From a bacterium (GTDB lineage Bacteria; Cyanobacteriota; Vampirovibrionia; Gastranaerophilales; Gastranaerophilaceae), in contig JAFQLC010000002.1 in assembly GCA_017396695.1 (NCBI GenBank), positions 8,534 to 72,533 on the forward strand: 64,000 nucleotides of DNA, read 5' to 3'. How positions within the stretch are numbered: position 1 is the stretch's first letter; the number at the start of each line of letters is the position of its first letter. The notes under the pieces are model-generated. The model was not told where the DNA came from. It searched no databases and worked only from the letters and a program-made list of their open reading frames with translations. The position numbers were made by a program, and so were the translations under genes. Below are positions 37,850 to 48,091 of the stretch, one piece after another.

Positions 37850-38650
37850 ATGGTAAAAAATCCCAAAAGACAAACAATTGCAGTTGTAATTAATACTTTA
37901 AACGCTGAAAGAATTTTTGATAAATGTCTTGATAGTGTTACTTGGGCAGACGAAATTGTTGTTTGTGATATGTACAGTGATGACAAAACTGTCGAAATTG
38001 CTCATAAATATGGCGCAAGAGTTTATTTTTATGAAAGATGTGGGTACGTTGAGCCTGCAAGAAATTTTGCAAATAGTAAAGTGCAATCAGATTGGCTTTT
38101 GGTGCTTGATGCAGATGAGCTTGTGACCCCTGAACTTCGAGATTATTTGATTAAATTTTCTCAAAATGAAGAAGGATACACTGCCCTTGAAATTCCTCGT
38201 GAAACTTATGTTTTAGGGCAAAAATTAAGATGTATGTATCAAAGTAAATTAGCTAGATTTTTCAAAAAAGGCGCTATGGAATATTCAACACAAATTCATC
38301 AGCACCCTAAACTTATCGAAGGCAAAATGACTCATATTAAAAAACCTATAAATAATGCCGCAATTCAGCATTATCACATTGAAAGCATTTCGTCTTATGC
38401 TGAAAAAACAAATAGATACACTAATTTTGAAATGGATAGATTTAGAGAAAATAACAAGAATTTCAGCTTGTTTACTTTAATTACAAGACCTTTATCTGAG
38501 TTTATTAAATTCTACTTCTTGAAAGGTGGAATTTTTGATGGCATTGCTGGTCTTATAATTTGTATTATGAATGCCCATTATAAATTTATTCAACATGCTA
38601 AACTTTATGAGATGAAATTCAAAGAGAAAAATCCAGATTTAATTTACTAA
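37850..38650 (+). CDS. family 2 glycosyltransferase (LPS-core KdtX/WaaE-like)
   Basis: IAVVINTLNAERIFDKCLDSV ... VCDMYSDDKTVEIA ... LVLDADELVTPEL is a GT2 fold pattern. Confidence 0.7.
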   Translation: MVKNPKRQTIAVVINTLNAERIFDKCLDSVTWADEIVVCDMYSDDKTVEIAHKYGARVYFYERCGYVEPARNFANSKVQSDWLLVLDADELVTPELRDYLIKFSQNEEGYTALEIPRETYVLGQKLRCMYQSKLARFFKKGAMEYSTQIHQHPKLIEGKMTHIKKPINNAAIQHYHIESISSYAEKTNRYTNFEMDRFRENNKNFSLFTLITRPLSEFIKFYFLKGGIFDGIAGLIICIMNAHYKFIQHAKLYEMKFKEKNPDLIY

Positions 38651-38702
38651 ATTTTACAATTGTAGCACTATAAAAATACGCAATACATGTTATAATTAAA
38701 AT

Positions 38703-39005
38703 ATGAATGGTATTTCGAAGTTTCTGATTTTATCTATCGTTTGTTTTGTTGTTTCCCCTGTGTTTTGCGGTTGCAAAAAGCAAGATGACAACATGATTCA
38801 TTGGCAATCAAAAGCAAGCAAAGTAAAGACTTTTGCTCGAGATAAACAAGGAACTTCTGTTACAAAAGCAAGTAATGGCGTCATTATAATTAAAGATAAT
38901 TCAACCACAAATAAGGCTGGTGTTAATTTTGGGGATTGGCATATGCCTGAGTCTAATATTGGTGAAATTAGATTTGATGCTGAACATTTTAAAACAAGAT
39001 ATTGA
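38703..39005 (+). CDS. small putative lipoprotein
   Basis: A hydrophobic leader ends in a lipobox-like VFCGC. 100 aa, no known domain. Confidence 0.5.
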   Translation: MNGISKFLILSIVCFVVSPVFCGCKKQDDNMIHWQSKASKVKTFARDKQGTSVTKASNGVIIIKDNSTTNKAGVNFGDWHMPESNIGEIRFDAEHFKTRY

Positions 39006-39074
39006 AAAAATATTATCTTTGTCGTAGTCTTATAAAACAAGTTTAATTAAGTCTTTAGGGAATATTAATTTATT

Positions 39075-39428
39075 ATGAAATATAAAAACGGTTCTTTGGA
39101 AAGTTCTATTTTAAATGTATTGTGGGATTTAGAAAAGAAAGGCAGTTATAAAAACTCTGTTAAAGATGTTTATGATATGTTGGCTCAAAACCCAAAAACT
39201 GCCCGTGCTTACACTACAATTAAAACTGTTATGGATAGATTATTTGAGAAGGAATTGCTTCTTAGAATTAAGCAAGGTAAAAAGTTTTATTACAGAACTG
39301 CGGCTTCAAGTTCTGAAATAATTAGAGAATCTTTAGAAAAAATTGCTTTTCAATATTGCAATGGCGACATGGCAAAATTAATTTACCATGCGCAAAACAT
39401 TTGCGAAAGCTACTCTGCTCTAGCATAA
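39075..39428 (+). CDS. BlaI/MecI/CopY-family transcriptional repressor
   Basis: 117 aa. The winged-helix pattern LESSILNVLWD...SVKDVYDML...RAYTTIKTVMDRLFEKELLLRIKQGKKFYY is typical of the Penicillinase_R family. Confidence 0.75.
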   Translation: MKYKNGSLESSILNVLWDLEKKGSYKNSVKDVYDMLAQNPKTARAYTTIKTVMDRLFEKELLLRIKQGKKFYYRTAASSSEIIRESLEKIAFQYCNGDMAKLIYHAQNICESYSALA

Positions 39429-39439
39429 AGGCTAGTTTT

Positions 39440-39811
39440 ATGACAAATAAATTAAGAGTTTTTGTATCTAGGTTAATTAAGCAAGTTCTTGTTGGGAAAA
39501 TCACGGTTTCTGCAGCTCTTAAAGCATTTCCTAATAATTATATGGTTGATGAAAGCTTGGATACCGCTTTCCATGCGCTTGTCCATTTTGAAGCTGATGA
39601 AGATTTAAGAAAGCGAGATGCGCTATATAGAGAAGAGCAAGATGAATATTTGCAATATCTTGCTGAGGTTTTAGAACGTGGTGATGATATTGCAGTTAAT
39701 ATTATTGGTGAATACAAAAAATATTATTCCGAAGCACCAATTTATAAAGACGTGAATGACAAGTATAAATTTTCTAAATTGTTTAAGTTTATAAACATTA
39801 AAAAAGATTAG
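39440..39811 (+). CDS. hypothetical soluble protein (123 aa)
   Basis: The listed ORF (39356) overlaps the blaI-like gene in another frame. The Met at 39440 lies 12 nt after the blaI-like stop. No TM segment or known motif. Confidence 0.5.
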   Translation: MTNKLRVFVSRLIKQVLVGKITVSAALKAFPNNYMVDESLDTAFHALVHFEADEDLRKRDALYREEQDEYLQYLAEVLERGDDIAVNIIGEYKKYYSEAPIYKDVNDKYKFSKLFKFINIKKD

Positions 39812-40690
39812 TTAGCCATTTATAGAGTGATATACCTCTTTTAAACGCACTTTTGAGACATGGGTGTAAAGTTGTGTGGTAACAATGCTAGAGTGCCCTA
39901 AAAGCTCTTGTACAACCCTTAAATCGGCACCACGTTCTAGAAGGTGTGTTGCAAATGTGTGGCGAATTGTGTGTGGCGAAATTTGTTTGTGAACGGTTTT
40001 TCCAAGCTCGTTTATAAAACTGTAAATATATTGCCTTGAAATCGGTTTCCCTTGAGTATTTATAAAGAGTTTATCTTTATGTTTTGCATTTGGATTAACT
40101 AAAATTATCCTGTTTCTTTCTGTAAGCCATTTTTTTAGCGCATTTTTTGCTTTTTTGCCAATTGGTATTAGCCTTTCTTTTGAGCCTTTACCTTTGGTTT
40201 TTAAAATGCCTTTTTCTAAATTTAAGTTTTGAATTTCAAGACTTACTAGCTCTGAAACCCTAACCCCCGTTGCATATAAAAGCTCAAACAATGCAAGATG
40301 AAAAGTGTCTAAATTTTCTTTTAAGAGGGTTTCAATTTCGTCTAATGTTAGAACTTTTGGAAGTTTTTTTGGAATTTTTGGCGGAGTAATATCTAAAATT
40401 GGGTTATTTTTTACTTTTTCACAAGCATTTAAATATCTCCAGAAACCTTTAAGAGAGGCAATTTTTCGAACAATTGAAGATGATTTTATGTTTGAGATTG
40501 ATAAATGTTTAATATAGCCTGAAACATCTTGTCTTGTTGTTTGTGATATATCAATTTTTCCATTAGCGCTCAAATAATCATAAAAAGAAATAATATCGTT
40601 TCTATACGCATTTATGGTGTGTTCACTAAGCCCTTTTTCAAGCTCAATAAACTCGATATAATCTGACAAAAATTCGCTAAACATGAGCAT
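39812..40690 (-). CDS. XerC/XerD-family tyrosine recombinase
   Basis: An N-terminal SAM-like domain (LEKGLSEHTINAYRNDIISF) and a C-terminal catalytic domain with R...HTIRHTFATHLL...LGHSSIVTTQLYTHV. Confidence 0.88.
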   Translation of the reverse strand: MLMFSEFLSDYIEFIELEKGLSEHTINAYRNDIISFYDYLSANGKIDISQTTRQDVSGYIKHLSISNIKSSSIVRKIASLKGFWRYLNACEKVKNNPILDITPPKIPKKLPKVLTLDEIETLLKENLDTFHLALFELLYATGVRVSELVSLEIQNLNLEKGILKTKGKGSKERLIPIGKKAKNALKKWLTERNRIILVNPNAKHKDKLFINTQGKPISRQYIYSFINELGKTVHKQISPHTIRHTFATHLLERGADLRVVQELLGHSSIVTTQLYTHVSKVRLKEVYHSING

Positions 40691-40696
40691 ATTCTA

Positions 40697-41290
40697 TCAT
40701 TTTTTTATGATTTTGTGTCTTTTTTTATACAATATAACAAAAAATACTACAATTACTGCCGTGCAAGCAAGAATTACAAGCTCAAGATGTTCTTTTATTT
40801 GTTCGCCAAGAAGCATTAATACGATGCTTACAATGAAAAATCTCATACCTCTTCCAGTGAATGAAGCGAGCATAAACGCAAAGAAATTCATGTTTAATAT
40901 CCCGCTTGCAATTGTGAAAACTTTATATGGGATAGGGGTGAACGCAGCGAGGAATACTGCCATTGGACCATATTCACTATAGAGCTTTTCAACTTGAAGA
41001 AAATTTTGGTTTGCTTTTTCTTTGTCTTTTGCAAACATTCCAATTAGCCAGTTAAATGCTGGTCTTCCACCAAATTTACCAATAATATAGCCAACGCCAC
41101 CACCAAGTGCACTTGCAATCGTGCAGATGAGTGCATAATAAAGCGATTTCTTGGGCTCTGCAAGGTCCATTGCAATAAGTAAAAAATCTGGTGGCGGAAC
41201 AAGGAAAAAGCTTTCAATAAACGAATTTAGGGGAAGCCCCCAAACTCCGTTTTGTGTAAAATATTCCGTCATATTTGTAAATATTTGCAT
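40697..41290 (-). CDS. DedA/YqaA-family membrane protein
   Basis: FFLVPPPDFLLIAM and the following helices are typical of YqaA-like SNARE-associated proteins. ATG at 41290 (AGGA 7 nt upstream, 1 nt after the upstream stop) is preferred over the listed TTG at 41314. Confidence 0.7.
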   Translation of the reverse strand: MQIFTNMTEYFTQNGVWGLPLNSFIESFFLVPPPDFLLIAMDLAEPKKSLYYALICTIASALGGGVGYIIGKFGGRPAFNWLIGMFAKDKEKANQNFLQVEKLYSEYGPMAVFLAAFTPIPYKVFTIASGILNMNFFAFMLASFTGRGMRFFIVSIVLMLLGEQIKEHLELVILACTAVIVVFFVILYKKRHKIIKK

Positions 41291-41291
41291 T

Positions 41292-41705
41292 TTAATTCCT
41301 ATCGTAGCGCACAAATGATGGTGGTTTTACAACAATCCTTATTACAATTGTGTCATCTGAATCAAGCCCAGTTACATCAAGTGCTTTTACTGTTTTATCG
41401 TATTTTATATTGCAAGCGCCTTTGATTTTACCATCAAACGCAAACGCAACTTCCTTTTTGTTTATTGGGTTTTTATATTTTTTATTAAATTCATCTGCCA
41501 AGTTTTCAGCTGTTTTTTTAATATTAATTTTTTTATTTGAATTGTATTTTGCAAGGACTGCATTTGAATATGCGCTACAATTTTGAGTGATTATTTTTGA
41601 TTTTTTTGCAGACACATATTTTTCGATTTTTGGCGAAATGTAAAGTGTTCCAAGAAATATACAAAGAAGCATAAGAAAAAATGAAGATTTTTTAAAAATT
41701 ATCAT
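41292..41705 (-). CDS. hypothetical exported/anchored protein
   Basis: 137 aa with the N-terminal hydrophobic segment SSFFLMLLCIFLGTLYI. No known domain. Confidence 0.5.
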   Translation of the reverse strand: MIIFKKSSFFLMLLCIFLGTLYISPKIEKYVSAKKSKIITQNCSAYSNAVLAKYNSNKKINIKKTAENLADEFNKKYKNPINKKEVAFAFDGKIKGACNIKYDKTVKALDVTGLDSDDTIVIRIVVKPPSFVRYDRN

Positions 41706-41707
41706 AA

Positions 41708-42508
41708 TTACCTCTCAATCACTAAGAAAGATTTTACTTTTCTTCCGTCTGTTCCTTCTGAAATAATTTGCACTTCGTCTGTTATTAGGCTTGTTGAGCC
41801 ACCGCCATCAAGCGCTAAGGCTTGTCTAAACCTTTGTTTCTTTGCAAATTCTTGTAATTCGGCGCCAGTCATTTTTTTGCTCATTGAAAATGCAATAATA
41901 TATAAATATTTCCCTTTTATCCCAATAATTGTTCTTGGTCGTCTTTTGGACATATTGCAAGAATCAAGAGTAATATTTCCTTCATTATCTTTTTGAATAA
42001 AACCCTCTTCTTGCGCTAAATAGCGTGGTGCTAACATTGGTCCTGCTTGGAGTGAGTGTTTTAGGAAAATTTTGTCTGCATCGGATTGGAAGTGTTGTGC
42101 AATTCTAAATGCGTATTTCCCTTTCTCTAGCTCAAATATTCTAAGTTCTGACCTATTCACAACTTCTTTAAACCTTCCAGTTTCTTTAATTGAAGTCATG
42201 GTTTTATTATTATTGAATGGGCTATTTTTTAATTTCCCATCAATCATAACAAATGAGATTTCGCCCCCGGTTTCTCTGTCGAAAAAACCACCATTAACAA
42301 CAAGAGAGTAATTTCCTGTTTCATATAATGCTTTTGCAGTTGTCAATTCGTCTGCAACATAGGGTTTAATTTTTGAGCCTAATTTTTTTGTGTCTATTTT
42401 ATATATATGCACGCCTTCTTCTTTGTGTATGTATTCCATACCATCTATGGCATATGCAGGTGCTAGATATATAATCATTGCAAAAATTGTGAATAATAAT
42501 TTTTTCAT
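41708..42508 (-). CDS. phosphodiester glycosidase (NAGPA/DUF2233) family protein
   Basis: Signal peptide, then LVVNGGFFD ... RTIIGI ... ALALDGGGSTSL, which is typical of this family. Confidence 0.65.
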   Translation of the reverse strand: MKKLLFTIFAMIIYLAPAYAIDGMEYIHKEEGVHIYKIDTKKLGSKIKPYVADELTTAKALYETGNYSLVVNGGFFDRETGGEISFVMIDGKLKNSPFNNNKTMTSIKETGRFKEVVNRSELRIFELEKGKYAFRIAQHFQSDADKIFLKHSLQAGPMLAPRYLAQEEGFIQKDNEGNITLDSCNMSKRRPRTIIGIKGKYLYIIAFSMSKKMTGAELQEFAKKQRFRQALALDGGGSTSLITDEVQIISEGTDGRKVKSFLVIER

Positions 42509-42509
42509 A

Positions 42510-43616
42510 TTACAAATCCTTATTTTTTTTCACAATAAATATTGAGGCTATAAAAACTATTGTTGGAAATGATGCACAAATAAATGGTGGCAAAATGCTT
42601 TTTTCAGCTAAAACGCCAAATGCGGGCAGTGTTATGTAATAGCCAAATAAAAGCCCTGCTGCAATAATAAAGCCTACCATGCGCACACTTCTTGGTGGTG
42701 CATAGCCTAATAATGCACCTAGAATTGCAAATAACACACAAGTGAATGGGTGGAAAAATCTTTGATATAGTTTTGATAAATTAAAATTAAATTCGTCTGA
42801 AAAATCTTTCTTTTTAAGAAGTTTTACATACTCAAAAAGCCCTAGGTTTGTGAAAGCTCTTTCTCTTTTTGTGCCATAGCTCATAATGTTGTATATGTCT
42901 TTTGCGTCTTCACCTTCAAGGATTTTAACATTTTTTACATCTGCAATTTTTTGATACACTCCATTTTTATCAATTGCATATTTTGTTACTTGTGGCAAAA
43001 TCCAGAAAGCATCTTTATTTAGGGCATAGTCTGCAAATAAAATATTATCTAGACAGACAATATCGCTATATTCATCTTTTTTAAAGTTTGTTACAATTAC
43101 ATTTTTTATTCCATTTTGTGTAAAATTTGAAACGATAATTCCTTGCTTTGGTGTTTTATCATCATTTAATCTTAAATAAACAAAATGCTCGTTATAATGT
43201 GAATTTTCGCCTGTTTTTGCGCTTGCCCAAGGAACAAGTTGGTCAACGGTATAAGCGCAAAGTGCAAAGTAAATCACCCCAAGTAATATAACTGGTCTTA
43301 AAATTCGCATATAAGAAAGACCACTACTTCTTAAAATTGCAAGTTCGGAGTCTTTTGAGAGTTTATCAAATGTGAAAAGTGCGCCAACAAGAATTGAAAT
43401 TGGCAAACATTGTGAAAGCACTTTTGGAAGCTCATAGAAAAGCTCCATTGAAGCCTGAAGTACAGTGAGTTCGCCGCTGAATACATCTTTTACGGCATCA
43501 ACAAGTTTCTCTGGCGCCATCCAGACGATAATAAACAAGAATAATATCACAAGAGAAGCTGCTGTCACTTGCGAAAAAATGTATTTATCTAAAATTGTTA
43601 TATGTTTAGAGTTCAA
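42510..43616 (-). CDS. LptF/LptG-family LPS export permease
   Basis: 368 aa. The ILDKYIFSQV N-terminus, six TM helices and a central periplasmic beta-jellyroll region match the YjgP/YjgQ pattern. Overlaps lptB by 11 nt. Confidence 0.8.
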   Translation of the reverse strand: MNSKHITILDKYIFSQVTAASLVILFLFIIVWMAPEKLVDAVKDVFSGELTVLQASMELFYELPKVLSQCLPISILVGALFTFDKLSKDSELAILRSSGLSYMRILRPVILLGVIYFALCAYTVDQLVPWASAKTGENSHYNEHFVYLRLNDDKTPKQGIIVSNFTQNGIKNVIVTNFKKDEYSDIVCLDNILFADYALNKDAFWILPQVTKYAIDKNGVYQKIADVKNVKILEGEDAKDIYNIMSYGTKRERAFTNLGLFEYVKLLKKKDFSDEFNFNLSKLYQRFFHPFTCVLFAILGALLGYAPPRSVRMVGFIIAAGLLFGYYITLPAFGVLAEKSILPPFICASFPTIVFIASIFIVKKNKDL

Positions 43617-44331
43617 AATCTTTTCCTAAATAAAATTGTTTTGCAATTGGGTCGTTTGCAACTTCTTCGCTTTTGCCCGAAACTTTAATTTTACCGTCAA
43701 AAATTACATAGGCTCTGTCTGTAATGCTGAGTGTTGCTTTTGGGTTGTGGTCTGTAATTAAAATCCCGATATTTTTTTCTTTTGCAAGCTTATAGATGTT
43801 GTCTTTAATTTCACCAATTGCAATTGGGTCAATCCCTGTAAATGGTTCATCAAGCAAAATAAAGCTTGGGCTTGCGGCAAGCGCTCTTGCAATTTCAACA
43901 CGACGACGTTCGCCACCTGAGAGTGAAACAGCCGTTGCATGCCTTAATTTTTTAACCCCAAATTCTTCAAGCAAGCTTTCTAGCAATTCTTCTTTTTCGC
44001 TTTGGTTGAGTTTATTGTTCATTTCGAGAACAAGTTTTAAGTTATCCTCAACATTTAATTTTCTAAAAATTGAAGCTTCTTGAGGAAGATATCCTATGCC
44101 GTGAACCGCTCTTTCATTCATTGGCATATTTGTAATATCCATGTCATCTAGGAAAACTTCGCCTTTTGTTGCTTTAACAAGGCCAACAATCATGTAGAAT
44201 GTTGTTGTTTTTCCTGCGCCATTAGGACCTAAAAGCCCAACAACTTCCCCTTGTGAAATATTGAATGATACATCGTTTACAACTGATCTTGAGCCATAAA
44301 CTTTTATCAAATTTTTTGCTGTAATTTTCAT
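43606..44331 (-). CDS. lptB: LPS export ABC transporter ATPase LptB
   Basis: GLLGPNGAGKTT Walker A, LSGGERRRVEIARAL signature, FILLDEPF Walker B, and a C-terminal YLG motif region. Confidence 0.9.
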   Translation of the reverse strand: MKITAKNLIKVYGSRSVVNDVSFNISQGEVVGLLGPNGAGKTTTFYMIVGLVKATKGEVFLDDMDITNMPMNERAVHGIGYLPQEASIFRKLNVEDNLKLVLEMNNKLNQSEKEELLESLLEEFGVKKLRHATAVSLSGGERRRVEIARALAASPSFILLDEPFTGIDPIAIGEIKDNIYKLAKEKNIGILITDHNPKATLSITDRAYVIFDGKIKVSGKSEEVANDPIAKQFYLGKDFEL

Positions 44332-44408
44332 TTAAAACTCCTCGATATTAATTATATTATGAAATATAATTTTATGCTATTATTTTAACTGAAGATTTGA
44401 GAAGTATT

Positions 44409-46181
44409 ATGAGTTTAGATAAATCAGTTGAATTAATTGCAGAACATAAATTTGAAGAAGCTAAAGAAATTTTAGAAAAGCTTAGTTTGAAGGAGCCTGA
44501 TAATTTTGAAGTTTTCAAAAACCTTGGGCTTTGCTATGTAAATCTTGAAGAATTTGAGCTTGCCCTCAAAGCTTTCATTCAAGCGTCAAACATTAAGTCT
44601 GATGATGCTACGTCATATTTTTATATTGCTACAATTTATGACAAATTAGAAGATTTCGATAACGCTGAAAAGTATTATAAAAAAGTGCTTTTAATTCGCC
44701 CTGAGCATGCAGATTCATATAAAAACCTTGCGCTTTTATCTTTCAGAAATAATGACTTTGAAGGTGCAATTGAAATTTTAAATAAAGCGCTTCAATTTGA
44801 AACTTCTGATTTCGAGCTTCATTATATGCTTTCATCTTGCTATATGACGCTTGATAAGATTGATTTAGCAATTGAATGTTTAAACAAAGCACTTGAATTT
44901 GAGCCAAATTCACCTCAAATTATAAACTCTTTAGGCTCTTGTTATTTAAAACTTAAAGACAGGGAAAAGGCTCTTGAATATTTTGAACGTGCATTTGAGA
45001 TTGACCCATACGACCCTATTGCCAATTTTAACATTGGTTTAATTTATGATTCCGATGGCGATCATATTCGTGCTTTTAATTATTTTGAAGAAGCTTATAA
45101 GAAATTACCTATTGAAAATATTTTAGCTTCATATGCAAATTGCGCATATTTATGCAAAAAAATTCCTCTTGCTGCGCAACTTTATTCAACACTTGTTGCA
45201 ATTAGGCCCGATGTTATTAAATATCAAAAGAATTTGATGCTAGTTCTTGAAGCTTTGCATGACTTTAAAAACGCTTTAATTATTGCTGAAAAACTTTACA
45301 GGCTTAACCCAAAAGATGATATTTTGCTTCGCAAACTCGCAACATATCACCGCTCTATTGGCAATTATGATAATGCAATTAAAACTTTTGAAATTCTTTT
45401 GAAAAAAGGAAAAATCGACTCCGACACCTTCTGGGAACTTGGTGTTTGTTATGTAAAACTTGACGAAAAAGATTCTGCGCTTAATTCATTTAAGAATGCT
45501 ATTAAACTTGAGCCAAACAACGCAGTTGCACACAAAGACTTGGCAATTTTATATTTAAGGTTAAATCTTTTAGATTGGGCGGAAGATGAAATATCGGAAG
45601 CTTTAAAACTTGCTCCTGATGACTTTGAGATTAATTTTGGCGCTGGAGTTCTATATTTTACAATTGGAAAATACGATTTAGCAGACAAGTATTTCGCACA
45701 TGTGGCTGATTGCGCCGATGTTGACGCTTTGTTTAATGCGTCTTACGCGCAAAACCTTTTGTATTTAGGACAAGTTGAGCCTGCTGTTTTATTGTTTAAA
45801 AAGGCGCTCTCGGCTGACCCTAAATGCGAAATCGCTTTATATGAGCTTGCAAAACACTATTTTGGCGAGAAAAAATATTCGCCCGCTTCAAATTTAGTTC
45901 AGGAATTACTTATGATAAACCCTGACCCTGAATATGAATATTTGCAAGCAAAAATTGATATGGCAATGAAAAAATACAAAAAAGCTATAATGTCGCTATT
46001 AAAGCTTACTGAGCTATATCCTCAAAATCACCTTATATTGCTTGATTTAGCAACTTCATACTATAAAACAGATGATTTTGAAAATGCTAAAAAATATATT
46101 AAAGCCTCTCTTTCTATATACCCTGATTTTGAAGAGGGTTTAAAATTGCTTAAAAAATTGGAGAACACAAATGGCAAATAA
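44409..46181 (+). CDS. tetratricopeptide-repeat protein
   Basis: About 590 aa of consecutive 34-aa TPR-like units (A..YF..A..L.P....A..NLG pattern). ATG at 44409 is preferred over the TTG at 44397. Confidence 0.8.
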   Translation: MSLDKSVELIAEHKFEEAKEILEKLSLKEPDNFEVFKNLGLCYVNLEEFELALKAFIQASNIKSDDATSYFYIATIYDKLEDFDNAEKYYKKVLLIRPEHADSYKNLALLSFRNNDFEGAIEILNKALQFETSDFELHYMLSSCYMTLDKIDLAIECLNKALEFEPNSPQIINSLGSCYLKLKDREKALEYFERAFEIDPYDPIANFNIGLIYDSDGDHIRAFNYFEEAYKKLPIENILASYANCAYLCKKIPLAAQLYSTLVAIRPDVIKYQKNLMLVLEALHDFKNALIIAEKLYRLNPKDDILLRKLATYHRSIGNYDNAIKTFEILLKKGKIDSDTFWELGVCYVKLDEKDSALNSFKNAIKLEPNNAVAHKDLAILYLRLNLLDWAEDEISEALKLAPDDFEINFGAGVLYFTIGKYDLADKYFAHVADCADVDALFNASYAQNLLYLGQVEPAVLLFKKALSADPKCEIALYELAKHYFGEKKYSPASNLVQELLMINPDPEYEYLQAKIDMAMKKYKKAIMSLLKLTELYPQNHLILLDLATSYYKTDDFENAKKYIKASLSIYPDFEEGLKLLKKLENTNGK

Positions 46182-47172
46182 AGTAGTTATGTCTGGCATG
46201 CGCCCAACTGGAAAACTTCACCTTGGACACTATCTTGGAGTTTTAACTAATTGGAAAAAACTGCAAGAACAATATGATTGTTATTTTTCAATTGCAAATT
46301 GGCATGCGCTAACAACTAACTATAATAATGTGTCTAACCTTCAAGATAATGTTTATGAAGTTTTAAAAGATTGGTTGGCTTCAGGAATTGACCCAAATAA
46401 ATCCACTATATTTCTTCAATCTATGCTTCCAGAGGTTGCAATTTTGCATGTGTATTTAAGCATGATGTGCCCTCACAATTGGGTTGAGCGTGACCCAACC
46501 TTGAAAGATATGGTAAAAATCATTAAATCAAAAGAAGGGCAAATCGAGGCAACCTATGGACTTATTGGATATCCTGTTCTTATGTGTTCTGACATTATGA
46601 GTTTGAACGCTGATTATGTGCCTGTTGGCAAAGACCAGCTCCCACATATTGAAATTGCTCGAGATATTGTTCGCCGTTTTAATAACTTGTATGGAACTGA
46701 TTTTACTGAGCCTAAGGGTCTTTTAAATGATGTAAAATTACTTGCAGGTCTTGATGGTAATAAAATGGGAAAAAGCTTTAATAACGATATTAAGCTATCC
46801 GACACCCCTGAAGAAACCACAAAGAAAATTATGACAGGAATTACTGACAGAAACAGAATTAGAAAAGACGATAAGGGTGATCCTAATAATTGTGAAGTCA
46901 TTTACAAATATTGGGAAATTTTTGCATCTGGCACACCTAAACTTCAAGAAATTCAAGATGCTTGCCGAGGCGCTGAAATTGGTTGTATGCAATGCAAAAG
47001 AATGCTTGCAGAGCTTGTGAACAATGAACTTGCGCCAATCAGAGATAAACGTGCTGAATATGAAAATAACCCTGATGTTTTAAAAGATATTTTAAAAGAA
47101 GGCGCTAAAAAGGCAGGCGAGCGAGCAAAAACTGTTATGGAAAAAGTTGAACTTGCAATTAAATCCTTCTAA
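46171..47172 (+). CDS. trpS: tryptophan--tRNA ligase
   Basis: SGMRPTGKLHLGHY (HIGH-type motif) and the KMGKS (KMSKS) motif. 333 aa. Confidence 0.93.
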   Translation: MANKVVMSGMRPTGKLHLGHYLGVLTNWKKLQEQYDCYFSIANWHALTTNYNNVSNLQDNVYEVLKDWLASGIDPNKSTIFLQSMLPEVAILHVYLSMMCPHNWVERDPTLKDMVKIIKSKEGQIEATYGLIGYPVLMCSDIMSLNADYVPVGKDQLPHIEIARDIVRRFNNLYGTDFTEPKGLLNDVKLLAGLDGNKMGKSFNNDIKLSDTPEETTKKIMTGITDRNRIRKDDKGDPNNCEVIYKYWEIFASGTPKLQEIQDACRGAEIGCMQCKRMLAELVNNELAPIRDKRAEYENNPDVLKDILKEGAKKAGERAKTVMEKVELAIKSF

Positions 47173-47221
47173 TTTCCTTTACATTTTTGCAAAACTCAAC
47201 TCGATATTTTAGAATAATTCT

Positions 47222-48091
47222 ATGTATAAATATCTGTCAAAGGGTATTCCTTATTTGTTTTTAATTCCGGCATTTGTTTTTCTTGCTGTATTTTTTTTCA
47301 TACCATTTTTTCAGACAATTCAAATAAGTTTTCAAGATTTTTCTGATATTTATAATCCAAATTTTGTTTCTTTTGAAAATTACAAAGCACTTTTTGCTCA
47401 AAAATCTTTTGTATCTTCAATTTTGAACACTTTTTGGTTTATGATTTTGTGTGTTCCGTTCTTAGTTATTTTTCCTTTGTTTCTTGCAATTTTGATTAAT
47501 CAAAAGATAAGAGGTGTTACTCTTTATAAGCTTTTAATTTATATTCCTGTTGTTATTTCAATAGTTGTTGTAGCAATAGCGTTTAAGTGGCTTTATGCTG
47601 AATCTGGGCTTTTAAATTATTTTCTTTCATTGTTTAATCTGCCTGCGCTTGGTTGGCTTACAGACCCTCGAATTGCTATGATTTCTGTTGCTCTAGTCAC
47701 CGTTTTTAAAGGGGTTGGATATTATATGATGATTTATCTTTCCTCGTTAATTGGAGTTCCTAAAGACTTATATGAGCAGGCGCAAATTGATGGAGCGGGC
47801 GAATTTCAAAAACACATGACGGTTACTGTTCCGCATTTGATGCCGACAATTGCACTCGTTGCCACTATTTCATCAATTTCCGCCCTAAAAGTTTTTGTTG
47901 AAATTTATGTTATGACTCGTGGTGGTCCTATGGAGTCCACTAAAACGATTGTTTATTATATTTATGAGCATGCTTTTGAAAAACTTGATTTAGGTTTAGC
48001 TTCAGCTGGTGCTGTTGTTTTGCTTGTTTTAACTCTTGCTTTTTCTCTTGTGAATTTATACTGCTTTGAAAGGAAGAAATACGACCTATGA
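47222..48091 (+). CDS. carbohydrate ABC transporter permease (MalF/UgpA-like)
   Basis: Six TM helices and the EAA loop motif YEQAQIDGAGEFQKHMTVTVP. Confidence 0.85.
   Translation: MYKYLSKGIPYLFLIPAFVFLAVFFFIPFFQTIQISFQDFSDIYNPNFVSFENYKALFAQKSFVSSILNTFWFMILCVPFLVIFPLFLAILINQKIRGVTLYKLLIYIPVVISIVVVAIAFKWLYAESGLLNYFLSLFNLPALGWLTDPRIAMISVALVTVFKGVGYYMMIYLSSLIGVPKDLYEQAQIDGAGEFQKHMTVTVPHLMPTIALVATISSISALKVFVEIYVMTRGGPMESTKTIVYYIYEHAFEKLDLGLASAGAVVLLVLTLAFSLVNLYCFERKKYDL

Noticed and set aside
39812-40690. Tyrosine recombinase as a marker of an integrated mobile element
   Set aside because: It has the full XerC/XerD architecture and sits among housekeeping genes. No flanking direct repeats, no tRNA target and no phage or conjugation genes are visible. 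It is most likely the chromosomal dimer-resolution recombinase.
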